The position numbers were made by a program, and so were the translations under genes. The notes below the pieces were generated by a model that ran no database searches, was not told the origin of the DNA, and saw nothing but the letters and a program-made list of their open reading frames with translations. 64,000 nt of DNA, taken from positions 131,890 to 195,889 of the forward strand of contig JBJKRI010000003.1 in the NCBI GenBank assembly GCA_046704725.1. The letters are read 5' to 3'. Every line of letters starts with the position of its first letter. Position 1 is the first letter of the stretch. Below, piece by piece: positions 9,496 to 18,609 of the stretch. The DNA is from Candidatus Woesearchaeota archaeon (GTDB lineage Archaea > Nanobdellota > Nanobdellia > Woesearchaeales > SKIA01).

Positions 9496-10584
9496 TTACT
9501 TCTTGCGCTTCTCGGCGATCCGTTCGTGCGCGACTTTCATGCACGCTTCGCGCGCCGTGCACTTCTCTTTCTCGATGATGTCCCACACGTCCTTCACGTT
9601 CCGCTTGATGATGCGTTCGATCTCTCCGAAGACCTCTTCGTGCGTTCCTCCGACGTGCTCGATGTAGCTGCTGATCACACCGCCAGCGTTCGCGAGGATG
9701 TCCGGGATGTTCTGCACGCCCCGTCCTTCCAAAGTCTTCTCTACCTCGTCGGGTATGGGCAGGTTCGCTCCTTGGCTGATGAGTTTCGCGCGCACTTTCT
9801 TCTGGTTGTCGGCGGTGATGACGTTCTTCTGCGCCGCTGGCACGAGGATGTCGCATTCCGCGTAGAGCACCCACATCGAGTCGCGCTTCTCGTGCTCGGG
9901 ATAGTCTTTCAACGGTTTTCGCTGTTCTTTCCACAGTCGCAGCTTGTGCGCGTCCATGCCCTCGGGATCAACCAGTGTGCAGCTGCTGTCCGACGCGGCC
10001 ACCAATCGCGCCCCGTCTTTCTGCATGAATTCGGCGGCCCACGAGCCCACGTTGCCATAGCCCTGGATCGCCACGTCCTTTCCGGCGAGCGTGTCCTTTG
10101 AGCGGCCGAGCAGTTCTCGCACGCTGATGTACACGCCGTGTCCCGTCGAGCCGAGCTCGTGCGGTATGCCCCCCAGGTCTGCGGGCTTTCCGGTCACCGC
10201 TTGCGGCCCGATCTCCTCGGCGATCCACCGCATCTCGCGCTCGGCCATGTTCATGTCGGGCGCTGCCACGTATTTCGTCGGTGCGACGATGTTGATGGCG
10301 TGCGCGAAGGCGCGCACGATCCCTTCTTTCTCCTGCGCGGTGAGCTTCTTGGCGTCGGCGATGATGCCGCTCTTCCCCCCGCCGAAGGGCAGGTCCGCCA
10401 AGGCGTTCTTGAGCGTCATGGCGCGCGCCAGGCCGCAGACCTCTTCTTCGTCCACGGTCGGCGTCATGCGGATGCCTCCTTTGGCCGGTCCGCGCACGGT
10501 GCTGTCCAGGACGGTGATGCCGCGCATCCCTGTCTTGGGGTCGTATACTTTCAGGATGGTCTCTGGTCCGAGGTCGTCGTACAT
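9496..10584 (-). CDS. gdhA: Glu/Leu/Phe/Val dehydrogenase
   Basis: GPAKGGIR..MTLKNA..LPFGGGKSG..APD..QGYGNVG..GAN..PDILANAGGV. Confidence 0.9.
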   Translation of the reverse strand: MYDDLGPETILKVYDPKTGMRGITVLDSTVRGPAKGGIRMTPTVDEEEVCGLARAMTLKNALADLPFGGGKSGIIADAKKLTAQEKEGIVRAFAHAINIVAPTKYVAAPDMNMAEREMRWIAEEIGPQAVTGKPADLGGIPHELGSTGHGVYISVRELLGRSKDTLAGKDVAIQGYGNVGSWAAEFMQKDGARLVAASDSSCTLVDPEGMDAHKLRLWKEQRKPLKDYPEHEKRDSMWVLYAECDILVPAAQKNVITADNQKKVRAKLISQGANLPIPDEVEKTLEGRGVQNIPDILANAGGVISSYIEHVGGTHEEVFGEIERIIKRNVKDVWDIIEKEKCTAREACMKVAHERIAEKRKK

Positions 10585-10668
10585 GTCCTGCTCCCAACCG
10601 CGCTCCCCTTATATATTTCGTGCATGAATCGCAAGGCTTCTGTATTGCGCGTAGAAAGTTATTTGAAT

Positions 10669-10688
10669 GAGTAAGATATTTCTTACTC
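10669..10688. promoter_or_regulatory. Palindromic operator of TA operon
   Basis: GAGTAAGA-TATT-TCTTACTC perfect 8-bp inverted repeat immediately before the antitoxin start. Confidence 0.7.
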
Positions 10689-10689
10689 T

Positions 10690-10959
10690 GTGGCTTCTGT
10701 GGATATCACCCGCCTGTCGAGCAAAGGACAGATCGTCATCCCCAAGGATCTGAGAGAGGGGTTCGAGACGGGCGAACGGCTGCTCGTCATCCGGAAAGGG
10801 GAGGACCTGCTCATCAAGCGCGCGTCGACAGTCCCGGAACGTTTCCTCGACGACCTGGAATTCGCGGTCCGTACGGAAAAAGCGTTACGGGAATACGAGC
10901 GGCATCCACGTAAATCGCTTTCGCCCGAGAAGTTCCTGAGGGAACTCGATACGTGGTAG
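10690..10959 (+). CDS. AbrB/MazE-family antitoxin
   Basis: TRLSSKGQIVIPKDLRE motif. Confidence 0.88.
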   Translation: MASVDITRLSSKGQIVIPKDLREGFETGERLLVIRKGEDLLIKRASTVPERFLDDLEFAVRTEKALREYERHPRKSLSPEKFLRELDTW

Positions 10960-11210
10960 AAGTAGGATACACTGATCGCTTCAGGATTGTCCTGATGAAA
11001 TGCGACAGGCGTTCCAAAACACAGATACGAAAACGTATGCGAAAAGTGCTCGAGAATCCTCTCGTCGGCAAGCCGATGCGCTACGGGCGCAAGGGGACGC
11101 GCGAGGTGTACGTCGGCTCATACCGTCTCTCCTATCTCGTGCTTGATGGTGGATTGCGCATTATCTTCGCCGATATCTACCACAAAGACGAGCAACGGAA
11201 AGATTCTTGA
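10953..11210 (+). CDS. RelE/ParE-family toxin
   Basis: NPLVGKPMRY..REVYVGSYRLSY..IYHKDE; overlaps antitoxin. Confidence 0.85.
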   Translation: MVEVGYTDRFRIVLMKCDRRSKTQIRKRMRKVLENPLVGKPMRYGRKGTREVYVGSYRLSYLVLDGGLRIIFADIYHKDEQRKDS

Positions 11211-11232
11211 AGGTTGGCGCGCCTGCCCTCGC

Positions 11233-11490
11233 ATGCACTCTGTCGTCGTCTACGTCCGGTCCGCTGATCCCTATAGCGTCCGGCTCATCGAGTTCTTGCG
11301 GCGGAAGGGCGTCAGGCCCTTGGTCAAGCACGTCTCGGATGAAGATCCGGACACCTACTTGGAGATGGTCGAGAGGACGGGGGAGTCCGAGCCCCCGCAG
11401 CTCCTCATCGATGGCGAGCACGTCGGTGATTACGAGCGGGTCACGAGCCTCGACCTGCAGGGAAAGTTCGACGAGCTCCTCGAGGACTAA
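11233..11490 (+). CDS. Glutaredoxin-fold protein lacking cysteines
   Basis: Grx3-like layout (VVVY..PY..L..KG..TG...PQ.LIDG.HVG.Y..L..GKFD.LL) with DPYS in place of CPYC. Confidence 0.7.
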   Translation: MHSVVVYVRSADPYSVRLIEFLRRKGVRPLVKHVSDEDPDTYLEMVERTGESEPPQLLIDGEHVGDYERVTSLDLQGKFDELLED

Positions 11491-11528
11491 GCACAACCTT
11501 TTTCAAGGCGCGACGGGTCGCTCTTCTT

Positions 11529-12455
11529 ATGCCTGATCTCGATATCATCATCATCGGCGGCGGTCCCGGCGGCCTCGCGGCAGCGCTGTACGCCAAGCGC
11601 TATGACATGCGCGTCAAGGTCATCATGGGGGAGCCCGGCGGATTGCTCACCACGACCCATATCGTGGAGAACTATCCCGGCATCCTGCCCATGTCTGGCC
11701 CGGACATGATGGACGTCTTCTTGGAGCAGATGAAGCGCTTCGAGGTGGATATGGCGACCGAGTGGGTCAAGACCATCAAGAAGACCGGCGACGGATTCGA
11801 GGTCTGCACGGACGAGAAGTGCCACACGTCCAAGTCAGTCATCCTGGCCACGGGCAGCAAGCACCGCGCGCTCGACGTCCCCGGTGAGAAGGAGTACCAG
11901 ACCAAGGGCGTATCGTACTGCGCGACCTGCGACGGCTTCTTCTTCAGGGACCAGGTCATCACCGTCGTCGGTGGCGGCGACTCCGCGGCGAAAGAGGCTC
12001 TCCTGCTCGCGGACTACGGTTCTCACGTGTACGTCATCGCGCGCTCCACGCTCAAGGGAGAGCCCATCAACAACCGTCGCGTGCGCGAGCATCCGAAGAT
12101 CACGGTCATCGAGGGGACTGTCGTCACCGAGGTCCATGGCGACGGCGAGAAGGTCACGAGCGTCACGCTCTCTAAGGAGTTCGAGGGATCCAAGATGCTC
12201 GAGACCGCGGGGCTGTTCATCGCTATCGGGCACCTTCCGCAGACCGAGCTCGCCAAGCAGCTCGACGTCAAGCTCAATGCGCGTGGGGAGATCGAGATTG
12301 ACCGGACCTCCCGCACGTCCCTCTCGCTCTTCTACGCTGCGGGGGACTGCACCGACACTGTCTGGAAGCAGGCCATCATCAGTGCGGCGGAGGGCTCGCA
12401 GGCTGCCAACAGCGCTTACGAGGATATCACGAAACGTTCGGTCAAGCCGAAATAG
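11529..12455 (+). CDS. trxB: Thioredoxin reductase
   Basis: GGGPGG..VENYPG..GVSYCATCDG..GGGDSA..AAGD. Confidence 0.92.
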   Translation: MPDLDIIIIGGGPGGLAAALYAKRYDMRVKVIMGEPGGLLTTTHIVENYPGILPMSGPDMMDVFLEQMKRFEVDMATEWVKTIKKTGDGFEVCTDEKCHTSKSVILATGSKHRALDVPGEKEYQTKGVSYCATCDGFFFRDQVITVVGGGDSAAKEALLLADYGSHVYVIARSTLKGEPINNRRVREHPKITVIEGTVVTEVHGDGEKVTSVTLSKEFEGSKMLETAGLFIAIGHLPQTELAKQLDVKLNARGEIEIDRTSRTSLSLFYAAGDCTDTVWKQAIISAAEGSQAANSAYEDITKRSVKPK

Positions 12456-12517
12456 GTCTGCCGTCACTGCGCAGAAGAGCAAAAGCTTTAAGACTCCTGC
12501 TTTCGGAATGCCCTGTA

Positions 12518-13069
12518 ATGGCGAGAATGCCTTCACGTTCGAACGTCTGGATTATCCTCGGTGTTGTGCTCGTTGTGCTCGCTGTGGTGTTGCTGGTGAA
12601 TAATCTCGAATCTTCTACCTCCAGCACGGTGACGACCAGTCCGGATGGCACGCTCGCGGGCGGACAGCAGCAGACGACCCCATCACAATCACCGTCCGCC
12701 GCGACCGGCGCGGTCACGTACCAGATTGATGCGTCCGGCGTCAGCGACCTCGCGGGCGTGCAGCTCACGCTCACTTATGATCCTTCTGTCGTGCAGTACG
12801 TGAACGCGACCCCCGGTCCCTTCCTCGGCACGGGCAAGGATATCTTCTACCCGACATCCACTATCCAGACCGCTCCCGGGCTCGTGCGTGACCTCGTCCT
12901 CGTGCGGCTCGCCAAGCAGGGCGTCTCCGGTGGCGGGACGGTCTTCTACGTGCATTTCAAGCGCGTGTCCACGGGCGATCCGAACATCCATATCTCGGAT
13001 GCCCTGGTCGCCAACTCTCAGGCGCAGAAGCTGCCTTCCGCGGATATCCGCGGGCAGCTCGTCGGCTGA
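12518..13069 (+). CDS. Membrane-anchored cohesin-domain protein
   Basis: N-terminal TM helix, S/T/Q-rich linker, then IDASGVSDLAGVQLTLTYDPSVVQYVNATPGPFL..G.GTVFYVHFK cohesin-like beta sandwich. Confidence 0.75.
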   Translation: MARMPSRSNVWIILGVVLVVLAVVLLVNNLESSTSSTVTTSPDGTLAGGQQQTTPSQSPSAATGAVTYQIDASGVSDLAGVQLTLTYDPSVVQYVNATPGPFLGTGKDIFYPTSTIQTAPGLVRDLVLVRLAKQGVSGGGTVFYVHFKRVSTGDPNIHISDALVANSQAQKLPSADIRGQLVG

Positions 13070-13105
13070 GGATACCTTTAAAAAAGGCGCCCGATTCGCA
13101 CCCCT

Positions 13106-13300
13106 ATGATCGTTCCGATACGCTGCATGAGCTGCGGAAAGCCCATCGCCCACCTCTGGGATGAGTTCAAGGAGCGTTCCAAGGCCCAGGACGCGGGTAA
13201 GGTGCTCGACGACCTCGGTCTGACGCGCTATTGCTGCAGGGCCCAGATGCTCGGTCACGTCGACCTCATCGATACGGCCGCCCGCTTCAAGCGATTCTGA
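13106..13300 (+). CDS. rpoN: DNA-directed RNA polymerase subunit N (Rpo10)
   Basis: MIVPIRCMSCGK..LDDLG.TRYCCR. Confidence 0.97.
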   Translation: MIVPIRCMSCGKPIAHLWDEFKERSKAQDAGKVLDDLGLTRYCCRAQMLGHVDLIDTAARFKRF

Positions 13301-13334
13301 AAGCCTTATTAGGGAGGACTCTCCCGTACGGTGC

Positions 13335-13862
13335 ATGGAAGACGACGACGTGCGCAGGTTCCTCAAGAACACCTTTCCAGAGCTGTTGCGGATCACCCGC
13401 GAATACATCAATGAGCTCGATGCGATGAAGGAGCTCTTGCCGGAGGGCCATGAGTCGCAGCTCGAGGATGCGCCCAATGCGGTGGTCTTGTTCGCCCAGC
13501 ATTGGGAGAACGCCCGGGAGCTCAGGGATTCCTTGCGATCAATGGGTGATCTCGATGGATTCTTCGATGCCCTCGTGAAGAAATATCGCTACCTGACGCA
13601 GGGGACTCCCATGTTCGCGGCGTTCAAACTCCTTCGCGACAAGCAAGACGACAACGCAAAAAGGCTCTCCCTAATCGTTGATGGGTGGATCGAGACTGTC
13701 CGCGGTGGTGGGGTCATGGAGGTCCCGATTCCAGGAAACTGTAGGGAGGAACTCTCTCAGCTCCAAAAGATTGCGAATGCCTTTAACACGTCGCTGCACG
13801 CTTTCATGGATGACGTCATCTTTCGGCTGGCGAATCCTTCCAAGACCTTCGGCCCCGCATGA
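13335..13862 (+). CDS. Hypothetical helical protein (ORFan)
   Basis: 175-aa ORF filling the rpoN-leuS gap, GGAGG upstream. Confidence 0.6.
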   Translation: MEDDDVRRFLKNTFPELLRITREYINELDAMKELLPEGHESQLEDAPNAVVLFAQHWENARELRDSLRSMGDLDGFFDALVKKYRYLTQGTPMFAAFKLLRDKQDDNAKRLSLIVDGWIETVRGGGVMEVPIPGNCREELSQLQKIANAFNTSLHAFMDDVIFRLANPSKTFGPA

Positions 13863-13918
13863 AATGAGCTTTGTTGTCGAACGCGATGTTTTTTAAGAGC
13901 GTTTCCTGTCCTCGCCGC

Positions 13919-16900
13919 ATGGATTTCGTCGCGATCGCCGCAAAATGGCAGGAACGCTGGGAAAAAGACGCTATATTCGCCGCAAAAGAGGTTAAAGACG
14001 GCCTATACGTCCTGGAGATGTTCCCCTATCCCAGCGGGACCATGCACATGGGGCACGTGCGCAACTACAGCATCGGCGACGCCCTGGCGCGCTTCCGCTG
14101 GATGCAAGGCCATAGCGTCCTGCATCCCATGGGCTTCGACAGCTTCGGCCTGCCCGCCGAGAACGCCGCCATCAAGCAGAAGGCGGACCCCCGCGCGTGG
14201 ACCGAGAAGAACATCGCGCACATCACCGAGCAGTTCAAGCGCCTCGGATTGTCGTACGATTGGTCGCGCACGCTCGCGACCCACACGCCCGAGTACTATC
14301 GCTGGAACCAATGGCTCTTCCTCGCGTTCCTCGAGAGAGGCCTCGCCTACCGCAAGGAGGCTCCGGTCAATTGGTGTCCGAGCTGCCAGACCGTGCTCGC
14401 GAACGAGCAGGTCATCGACGGCAAGTGCTGGCGCTGTGGAAGCGAGGTGGAGACGCGCAATCTCAAGCAATGGTTCTTCCGCATCACGTCCTACGCCGAG
14501 GAGCTCCTCGCTGACCTCGGCACGCTCGGGGAGTGGCCCGAGCGCGTGCGCACCATGCAGCGCAATTGGATCGGCAAGTCCACCGGCGCGCGCGTGAGCT
14601 TTCCCGCCAAGGACGGCGCGGTCGAGGTGTTCACCACGCGTCCGGACACGTTGTATGGCGTGACCTATCTTGTGCTCTCGCCCGAGCATCCGCTCGTCGC
14701 TCGCTTCACCGTCAAGCAGAAGGAGAATGAGGTGCAGGCCTACATCGCCGCCGCCAAGAAGAAGACTTCCATCGAGCGCACGGCGGAAGGAAAAGAGAAG
14801 ACCGGTGTCTTCACGGGCGGCTCTGTCACGCACCCCCTCACCGGGAAGGAGATCCCTGTCTGGGTCGCTGATTACGTCCTGATGGATTACGGCACCGGAG
14901 CGGTGATGGGCGTTCCCGCGCACGACCAGCGCGACTACGACTTCGCCTCCAAGTACGGCATCCCCATCGTTCCCGTCGTGAAGCCCGAGGACGGCAAGAT
15001 GCCGACGGACCGTGCCTTCGTCGCCGAGGGCACGCTCATCAACAGCGAGGATCTCGACGGCCTGTCCACCGACAAGGCCATCGCCGCTGTCGCAAAGCGC
15101 TTGGCAAGCGACGGTCTCGGCCGGGCCGAGACCCAGTATCGCCTGCGCGACTGGCTGGTCAGCAGGCAGCGATACTGGGGAACGCCGATACCCATCGTCT
15201 ACTGCGAGGAATGCGCGAAGCACGATGTCTTCATGTTCCACGGCTGGGAGGACGGCAAGGACGCCGGCTTCTTCCCTGCGATGCGCGAGCACCTCTCATC
15301 CCTCGGCCACCGGCCGCATGCGGAGAGCTTCCCGGGAACTGACGCACCTGATTTCGACGTCTGGTTCGAGAAAGCGGACGGCATGCTCGATGGGCATGAT
15401 AGGCCGACCGTCATCGGGCATTCCATGGGCGGCCTGCTCTCCCTCAAGCTCGCCGAGAAGCATCCATTGCGGCGGCTCGTGCTCGTCGCTCCCGTCGGCC
15501 ACCGGCCATCGGAGGCGTACTTCACGCAATACAAGGATAAGCTCTCCGAGGAGGACCTCGCTGTCTATCGCGCCTATCAGGACCGCCCTTTGGACGTCGC
15601 TGCCATCAAGGGCAATGTGTCGGACATCACGTTCGTCTTCGGCGGCAAGGACCCTTGGATAACGACGGAGATCCGCGAGAAGTACCGTGCCGAGTTCGGC
15701 GATGTCGCGCATTTCATCGATCTGCCTTTTATGGGGCACATGTCCGAGAGCGAGGGCGTCAAGCGCGTGCCCGAGCTCGAGGCCTTGTTCGTGCAAGAGG
15801 CCGCCGCGGTCCCCGTCCCCGAGAAGGACCTGCCCATCCTGCTCCCGACGGACGTCTCGTTCTCCGGCGAGGGAAATCCCATCGCGACGAGCAAGAGCTT
15901 CGTCGAGACGACCTGCCCGAGGTGCGGCAAGCCCGCGCGACGCGAGACGGACACGATGGATACCTTCGTGGACAGCAGCTGGTACTACCTGCGCTATTGC
16001 GATCCGCACAACGGCGAGCGCATCTTCGATAATGATAAGGCGGACGCCTGGATGCCTGTCGACCAGTACATCGGCGGCATCGAGCACGCCATCCTCCACC
16101 TGCTCTATAGCCGTTTCATCACCAAAGCGACGCGCGACATGGGACTGCATTCCGTGGACGAGCCGTTCGTGCGTCTCATGACGCAAGGCATGGTCCTCAA
16201 GGACGGCGAGAAGATGTCCAAGAGCGTCGGCAATGTCGTCGACCCCTTGCCGCTCATCGACAGGTACGGTCCGGATACCGTGCGTGCCTTCATCCTCTCT
16301 GCATCCTTGCCGGAGAAGGAGATGGAGTGGTCCGACGAGGGTGTCGCGGGTGCGCACCGCTGGCTGCGCCGCGTCGAGGCGCTCTTCGAGAAACAGCAAG
16401 AGCGTAGGGAGCGGACCAGTGCTGATGCGTACTTGCGTAGCGCGGTGCATCGCACCATCAAGGACGTGACCGCGCAGTTCGAGGGCATGCGCTTCTCCCA
16501 CGCGATCAATTCGCTCATGGAGCTCACCGGCGCCATGGCGCGCTACGCCAAGAACGGCGTCCATCCGGACGTGTGGTCCGAGGCGACAGAGGCGCTGCTC
16601 AAGATGGTCGCTCCGATCGCGCCGCACCTGGCCGAGGAGATCTGGCACCGCAACCATGATGATTACATCAGCCTCGCGTCATGGCCTGTCGCGGACGAGT
16701 CCGCCATCGACCGTGCGGCGGAGGCCGGAAGGGACCTTGCCGATCGCACGCGCGATGACCTGCGCGAAGTCCTCTCTATCGTCGACCTCTCGCCGAAAGA
16801 AGCGGTATTGTTCGTTCCCGCCGATTGGAAGTACGCTTTCGTCTCCGCGCTCAAGGACGCATTGGAGGGGTCTTCTGATGCCGGAGCGATCCTCAAGGAG

Positions 16901-17149
16901 CTGATGAAGACCGATCTCAAGCGCCACGGGAAGGAGATCTCTAGGCTCGTCCCGCGCTTCGTCAAGGACCGCTCCAAGCTTCCCGCGCACCTGCTCTCTA
17001 GGGAGGAGGAGGCGGGCGCCTTGTCGGAGGCGGCTTCCGCATTGGGCACGGAGTTCGGCCTGAAAGTGACGGTGTTGGCGGAAGAGAAGGCGAAGGACGC
17101 GAAGGCTTCGCAGGCCTTGCCTGGCAAGCCTGCCATACTTCTACGATGA
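13919..17149 (+). CDS. leuS: Leucine--tRNA ligase (bacterial-type core, archaeal-like C-terminus) with inserted alpha/beta hydrolase domain
   Basis: MFPYPSG.MHMGH, FTTRPDT and [15 protein letters not shown] (CP1 editing), [36 protein letters not shown]-terminal [10 protein letters not shown]. Confidence 0.97.
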   Translation: MDFVAIAAKWQERWEKDAIFAAKEVKDGLYVLEMFPYPSGTMHMGHVRNYSIGDALARFRWMQGHSVLHPMGFDSFGLPAENAAIKQKADPRAWTEKNIAHITEQFKRLGLSYDWSRTLATHTPEYYRWNQWLFLAFLERGLAYRKEAPVNWCPSCQTVLANEQVIDGKCWRCGSEVETRNLKQWFFRITSYAEELLADLGTLGEWPERVRTMQRNWIGKSTGARVSFPAKDGAVEVFTTRPDTLYGVTYLVLSPEHPLVARFTVKQKENEVQAYIAAAKKKTSIERTAEGKEKTGVFTGGSVTHPLTGKEIPVWVADYVLMDYGTGAVMGVPAHDQRDYDFASKYGIPIVPVVKPEDGKMPTDRAFVAEGTLINSEDLDGLSTDKAIAAVAKRLASDGLGRAETQYRLRDWLVSRQRYWGTPIPIVYCEECAKHDVFMFHGWEDGKDAGFFPAMREHLSSLGHRPHAESFPGTDAPDFDVWFEKADGMLDGHDRPTVIGHSMGGLLSLKLAEKHPLRRLVLVAPVGHRPSEAYFTQYKDKLSEEDLAVYRAYQDRPLDVAAIKGNVSDITFVFGGKDPWITTEIREKYRAEFGDVAHFIDLPFMGHMSESEGVKRVPELEALFVQEAAAVPVPEKDLPILLPTDVSFSGEGNPIATSKSFVETTCPRCGKPARRETDTMDTFVDSSWYYLRYCDPHNGERIFDNDKADAWMPVDQYIGGIEHAILHLLYSRFITKATRDMGLHSVDEPFVRLMTQGMVLKDGEKMSKSVGNVVDPLPLIDRYGPDTVRAFILSASLPEKEMEWSDEGVAGAHRWLRRVEALFEKQQERRERTSADAYLRSAVHRTIKDVTAQFEGMRFSHAINSLMELTGAMARYAKNGVHPDVWSEATEALLKMVAPIAPHLAEEIWHRNHDDYISLASWPVADESAIDRAAEAGRDLADRTRDDLREVLSIVDLSPKEAVLFVPADWKYAFVSALKDALEGSSDAGAILKELMKTDLKRHGKEISRLVPRFVKDRSKLPAHLLSREEEAGALSEAASALGTEFGLKVTVLAEEKAKDAKASQALPGKPAILLR

Positions 17150-17796
17150 TATCCGTCCGGCCGTACAAGGATTCCGACCGTTCCGCCGTGCGACGCATCC
17201 ACTTCGATACCTGGCTTGTCGGAAGGTCGTTGCGTATGGTCGGCGCGAGCCGGGAGCGCGTCGACGCGTTCATCAACCCGTACATCACGCGTTGGAAAGA
17301 GCATGCTTTTGTCGCCGTGGACGGAAAGCGTGTGGTCGGCTACGTCGTCGGAGCGTTTCCCGGGGAGGAGCAGGGCAACAACGACCATGTCAGGATCGTC
17401 TTGCGCAATGTGCTGTCCTGGCCCGTCCTCTCGAAGGGCGACAGGCGTTTCTGGGGCTGGCAGCTACGCATCATGCTGTACCTGATGACGCACCCCGGAA
17501 CGGACGTCCTTGCTGTCAAACCACCGAGGGACGCCGCTCACCTGCACGTCAATCTCGCGAAGGACGCGCGCGGCAAAGGTATCGGTAAGAAACTGCTCGA
17601 GACGTTCTTTTCGCATCTGCGAAAGAACAGTATCAAGAAGGTCTTCGCACAGAGCTGGGGCACGCGCATCAATGACACGAGTGGTTTCTGGCGCAAGATG
17701 GGCTTTCGCTTGGCAGCGCATGCGAAGACGCGCTTCTGGAAGGAGTATTTCCCCGAAGAGAGTGTTGAACTGACGATGTGGGTGAAGAAGCCATAG
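17146..17796 (+). CDS. GNAT-family N-acetyltransferase
   Basis: [35 protein letters not shown]; ATGA overlap with leuS. Confidence 0.85.
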   Translation: MISVRPYKDSDRSAVRRIHFDTWLVGRSLRMVGASRERVDAFINPYITRWKEHAFVAVDGKRVVGYVVGAFPGEEQGNNDHVRIVLRNVLSWPVLSKGDRRFWGWQLRIMLYLMTHPGTDVLAVKPPRDAAHLHVNLAKDARGKGIGKKLLETFFSHLRKNSIKKVFAQSWGTRINDTSGFWRKMGFRLAAHAKTRFWKEYFPEESVELTMWVKKP

Positions 17797-17803
17797 AGAA
17801 TTT

Positions 17804-18259
17804 CTACGCGGACTTTGCACGTTGCCGGTATGCTGCTGCGGTGACCGGCTGGATATGTGCTTCTTCGAGTTGCTCGACCACCTCTGCGAGCTGGCTCTCT
17901 ATCCATCGTTTCCCGCTCCCGAGCATGCCTGTCTCTGTCCCCATCAGTTCGGTCTCTGATCGATAGACGCTCCGCGTGAATGCTCCTTCCTTGAAATGCT
18001 GCCATTTGTCTCCTCGTGGCAGTGACCCGTCGTGCACGAGTGCGATGGACACCTGCAACAGCCCGTAACTCTTTCCTTTCGTTGTTCCGGCCGGGTTGTA
18101 TGTGCGCAGATGGGCCCAGAGGACGAACGGATCCTCTCGGGCGAGCTTCGTCAATCCGCTCTTCCCCCAGCTCTGACGGCCTGACAATCCCGGAATCGGT
18201 CTGTCGGCGGATTTCACCAGATAATGATGTTGTGGTGCCACTTCGGGCGGGATGTGCAT
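17804..18259 (-). CDS. Hypothetical protein (ORFan)
   Basis: 151-aa ORF with TATATA-like box ~25 bp upstream. Confidence 0.5.
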   Translation of the reverse strand: MHIPPEVAPQHHYLVKSADRPIPGLSGRQSWGKSGLTKLAREDPFVLWAHLRTYNPAGTTKGKSYGLLQVSIALVHDGSLPRGDKWQHFKEGAFTRSVYRSETELMGTETGMLGSGKRWIESQLAEVVEQLEEAHIQPVTAAAYRQRAKSA

Positions 18260-18310
18260 GGCGCTGTAGAGCAGAGGGGGTATATATTCCCTACGTTAGA
18301 GGGACGAGAA

Positions 18311-18573
18311 TGCGTGCCCGGGGGTGGACCGCGCCGGCATGCGCAGCTGACCCTGCGGGTCCCTCCCCCACGCGACCCGCGATACAGGCGTGCGGGCGCT
18401 GAGGTCTGCTCCATTCCTGGCCTGAACCGGTTCACGCCAACGCACCTCACCGAGGACGTGGGATCGACGGTCGCCGCAGGACTGCGCGTGACGGGTATAG
18501 CCGCCCCCCGGGCTTCGGCCCCGGATGAGGACGGTTCTCCGGTGACAGGGCACGCCCGGCGCCCCAGCCTAGC
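18311..18573 (-). ncRNA. ffs: Archaeal SRP (7S) RNA
   Basis: Reverse strand reads CTAGGCTGGGG..CCCTGTCACCGGAGAACCG..GGGGCCGAAGCC (Alu domain) and AACCGGTTCAGGCCAGGAATGGAGCAG (helix 8); TTTATAA box ~25 bp upstream; ends approximate. Confidence 0.9.
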
Positions 18574-18609
18574 AGGGGGAAGAACGGCCTGTCACTTATA
18601 AATGCGGCG

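Noticed and set aside
11233-11490. Selenocysteine in the Grx-like protein
   Set aside because: No in-frame TGA at the active-site position
15215-15800. LeuRS insert as an intein
   Set aside because: No Cys/Ser-start HINT block, no terminal His-Asn and no LAGLIDADG; the motifs are those of an alpha/beta hydrolase
14003-16657. Long antisense and alternate-frame ORFs (also 3441-4658, 22815-24365, 54437-55741, 61377-62810)
   Set aside because: Shadow ORFs expected from high-GC codon bias over well-supported genes
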